From: Felis catus
Lineage: Eukaryota
NCBI RefSeq assembly: GCF_018350175.1
Contig: NC_058368.1
Span: 236,098,001 to 236,162,000 of the forward strand
Direction: 5' to 3'
Length of the DNA stretch: 64,000 nt
Position 1 is the first letter of the stretch. The number at the start of each line of letters is the position of its first letter. The position numbers were made by a program, and so were the translations under genes. The notes beneath the pieces are model-generated. The model did not search any database, had not been told where the DNA came from, and was given only the letters and a program-made list of their open reading frames with translations. Below, in pieces: positions 61,650 to 64,000 of this stretch.

Positions 61650-64000
61650 AAGAAATGGCACCCGCTCCCATGGGAGTCACCCTATGCCTCAGTAGTATTT
61701 CTGGGCCTTCAGCCTGATTCCTGTAGGCCAAGCCAGTGGGGCCAGGATGGACCCGACCCACTCGATGTGGGCACACTCCTTTATAGTGTGCTTTTTTAAC
61801 CCCTTGGTTGCCCTTGGAAATGGTTGTTCAGTATGTTAACATTTATGTACTTATTCTGGGGGGACCTGCCTCCATATCTTTAGGTCGGGCTGTCCAAGTG
61901 TGATTGCTGGGGAAAACAATTGTGTTGCACGAGATGCATGCGATTTAAAAATTGCTACCATTGCCTATTAGAATTTTTAAAAATGCATGTGTTTGTAATC
62001 TACGTGTATGATAAAAACAGCCTTTTAGCTTCCAGTATTTTTCCAGCGATACTTATGAAATAACAACAACAATAAAAACTTGGAGAAAATTATAGTATGC
62101 TGGACTGGTTCTGCTTTGTATGCGACACCTCTCAGATAGAGGGATAGATTTATTTGCATCACGAACCCCCCACCTGTCTTAAAATTCGAGATAAATATCA
62201 CGAGAGGATCGTGGATCTACGTGACCCACAGGGCGTGCAGTTCTCTGACATCAAGTTGATTTTTCTAAACCCACAGCGTGATATTCTAGCACTTAATTTC
62301 AGAATGCAGCTTAAATCACAGAAGCCATAATATGTCAAATGATCCCGCACTCGCACGGGGAAAACAGTAAGTAATGAAAAAGCTATGATTGCTTTTCTGT
62401 CCCTCCAAATGACAGTTATCACCTCAGTGGCCTGCTCCGGGCGGACCGGTCTAAACCTGACACACTAAAGGGATAACGTCATCTAACAGGGTAGTTACAA
62501 AAATCAATACAAAACCCATTTCAGAGATACTCTGTGTAAGAATCCTGGTGTAATGTTCATTTATTGAATAGGCCTGGGGAAAAAAACACAACAACTTTTT
62601 CTGATATATATGCCTTACCTCTCAAGCAAAGGAATTCTGTAGGTAAGCAATAATTGTATTTTTCAATCTATTACTTAGACTTGCCATGGCTCAGGCTGAA
62701 ATCTAATATATGGGTGACGGCTATGACTCAATTATGGGGCCTCCACCGAGTCCTAGGGTATTCAGAGAGTAAGGGAGCAGAACAGGACAGCTCTCTGTGC
62801 TTCTCTGGATGAATGAGTGAGTGGGAGTGGGTGCGTTTGAGCCCTTTTCATTAGAAGCTCATCTCGTCGCCTTTTTGACCGCTAAGGGACTAGAATATTT
62901 AAATCGTTATATTTAACCAGATCGTGCCGTTTCCTTGGGTTCCTTGCCCCGGCTCGCTTCTCCCATGCTAAGTCCACGATGAGAAAGGAATGCGTTTCTT
63001 TTTAATGAACAGATGGTCAATGACTCCAGGAGGCACTGGCTTGTGGGGAGTGTCCTCTTAAATGTTGGAGGCTGACAGCCAGCTGGTACCACGGTGTTCT
63101 CCCACACGCTCCTCTGAGGCCAACAACCACGACAGAGCCCTGGGACTGGCAAACCTTGGGTTCAGCCAGAGGGGTGGTTATTATTAAAAAATAATCATAA
63201 TAAAAACGCTAAAGAAGGCAGTAGCGAGGTCGCCCAGCACAGCAATGTGCGAGGAAACATTCCAACAGCTGGTAAAAAGATTTTAGCTCAAATTAGTGCT
63301 ACTCCTGGGAAATGCTTAATGAAACCCGTTAAATCAACCTACACACCAGAAGTCCAATCATCTTAACCTTCACACTTGATGACCATCACACTGTTTCATT
63401 ACCTGGACACTCTGATTCTAAATGAAGAGCCGTCATGACATTCTTCAAAGCACAGAATATTAATGCCAGCATTGTACGGGCAGAGCAATTCATTTTCAGA
63501 TTCTTAATGCTAATTTCATAGGGCTAATATTCACTTGACAATACTGCTTATTAAACCTAGTAATCTCTTGGATTTTAATTATTCTCTACCCCTCCATAAT
63601 TTTCCGAACAAGTATTTAGGAAATGACCGAGTAAGTCTTATTGGTACAGCTCATGCTTGCCTGTTCAACAAGTTCTAAAATTCGGGAGATATTTTGGCTG
63701 CCGTCCAAACACTCACATGCTCACTTGGACCAGGGGTCACACTCAAACGTCTCATGTTACCCTAATCAATCATAATCAGGGTATGTGTGTGAAGTCTGCA
63801 CACGAACAATACGCAGCTTCAAATATTTGGGTTTGCACTGAATGCCATAAGGCGAAAGCCTAATCTTAGTCTGGTGTAGAAGCCAATTTTGTATTATTAC
63901 CTAATTTGAAGTATTAAGAAAATTAGCTTTTAAGCTTCAGAGGGTTTTCCGCATTTGCTGGGGGTTGAGTTCTGATACCATTATTCTTTTAGCGTCTATA

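Noticed and set aside
1111..61776. Many 60-170 aa ORFs with motifs such as GAPGWRSRLSVRLQPGHDLAVREFEPRV, WVAQSVKRPTSAQV and ETEHERGRGRERGRHRI
   Set aside because: They are translations of CanSINE copies in various frames, not genes.
1..64000. CRISPR array, prokaryotic operon, or endogenous non-retroviral virus insert
   Set aside because: The sequence is mammalian; no regularly spaced repeat-spacer array and no recognisable viral protein motifs were seen.

Overview
Felid (cat-like) nuclear genomic DNA, mostly non-coding. It is dense in carnivore tRNA-derived CanSINEs (about 28 copies, 8 of them a near-identical young subfamily, most with clear target-site duplications). It also carries old L1, L2, MIR and MaLR (MLT1) LTR fragments and a Tigger2-type MITE. 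Almost all ORFs in the supplied track are SINE, L1 or low-complexity artefacts. The exceptions are two + strand exon-like segments 41.4 kb apart. One is 11219-11610 (ATG ... CAG|GTAAGA). The other is 52968-53124 (branch point, pyrimidine tract, CAG| ... |GTAAGT, a single open frame). From memory (not a search), their peptides resemble the far-upstream N-terminal exons of the long isoform of C10orf90/FATS. Here the first exon carries in-frame stops and a frame switch, so that extension appears broken or re-routed in this lineage. Other observations: a possible ancient RTE-like LINE relic, an enhancer-like motif cluster at about 24.3-25.1 kb, a ~1.3 kb decayed (ATATCT)n-like tract, a near-pure AT island with a 26-bp palindrome, nested SINE stacks, a 19-bp templated insertion and a perfect 48-bp tandem duplication. 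I found no convincing evidence of a wholly new biological system.
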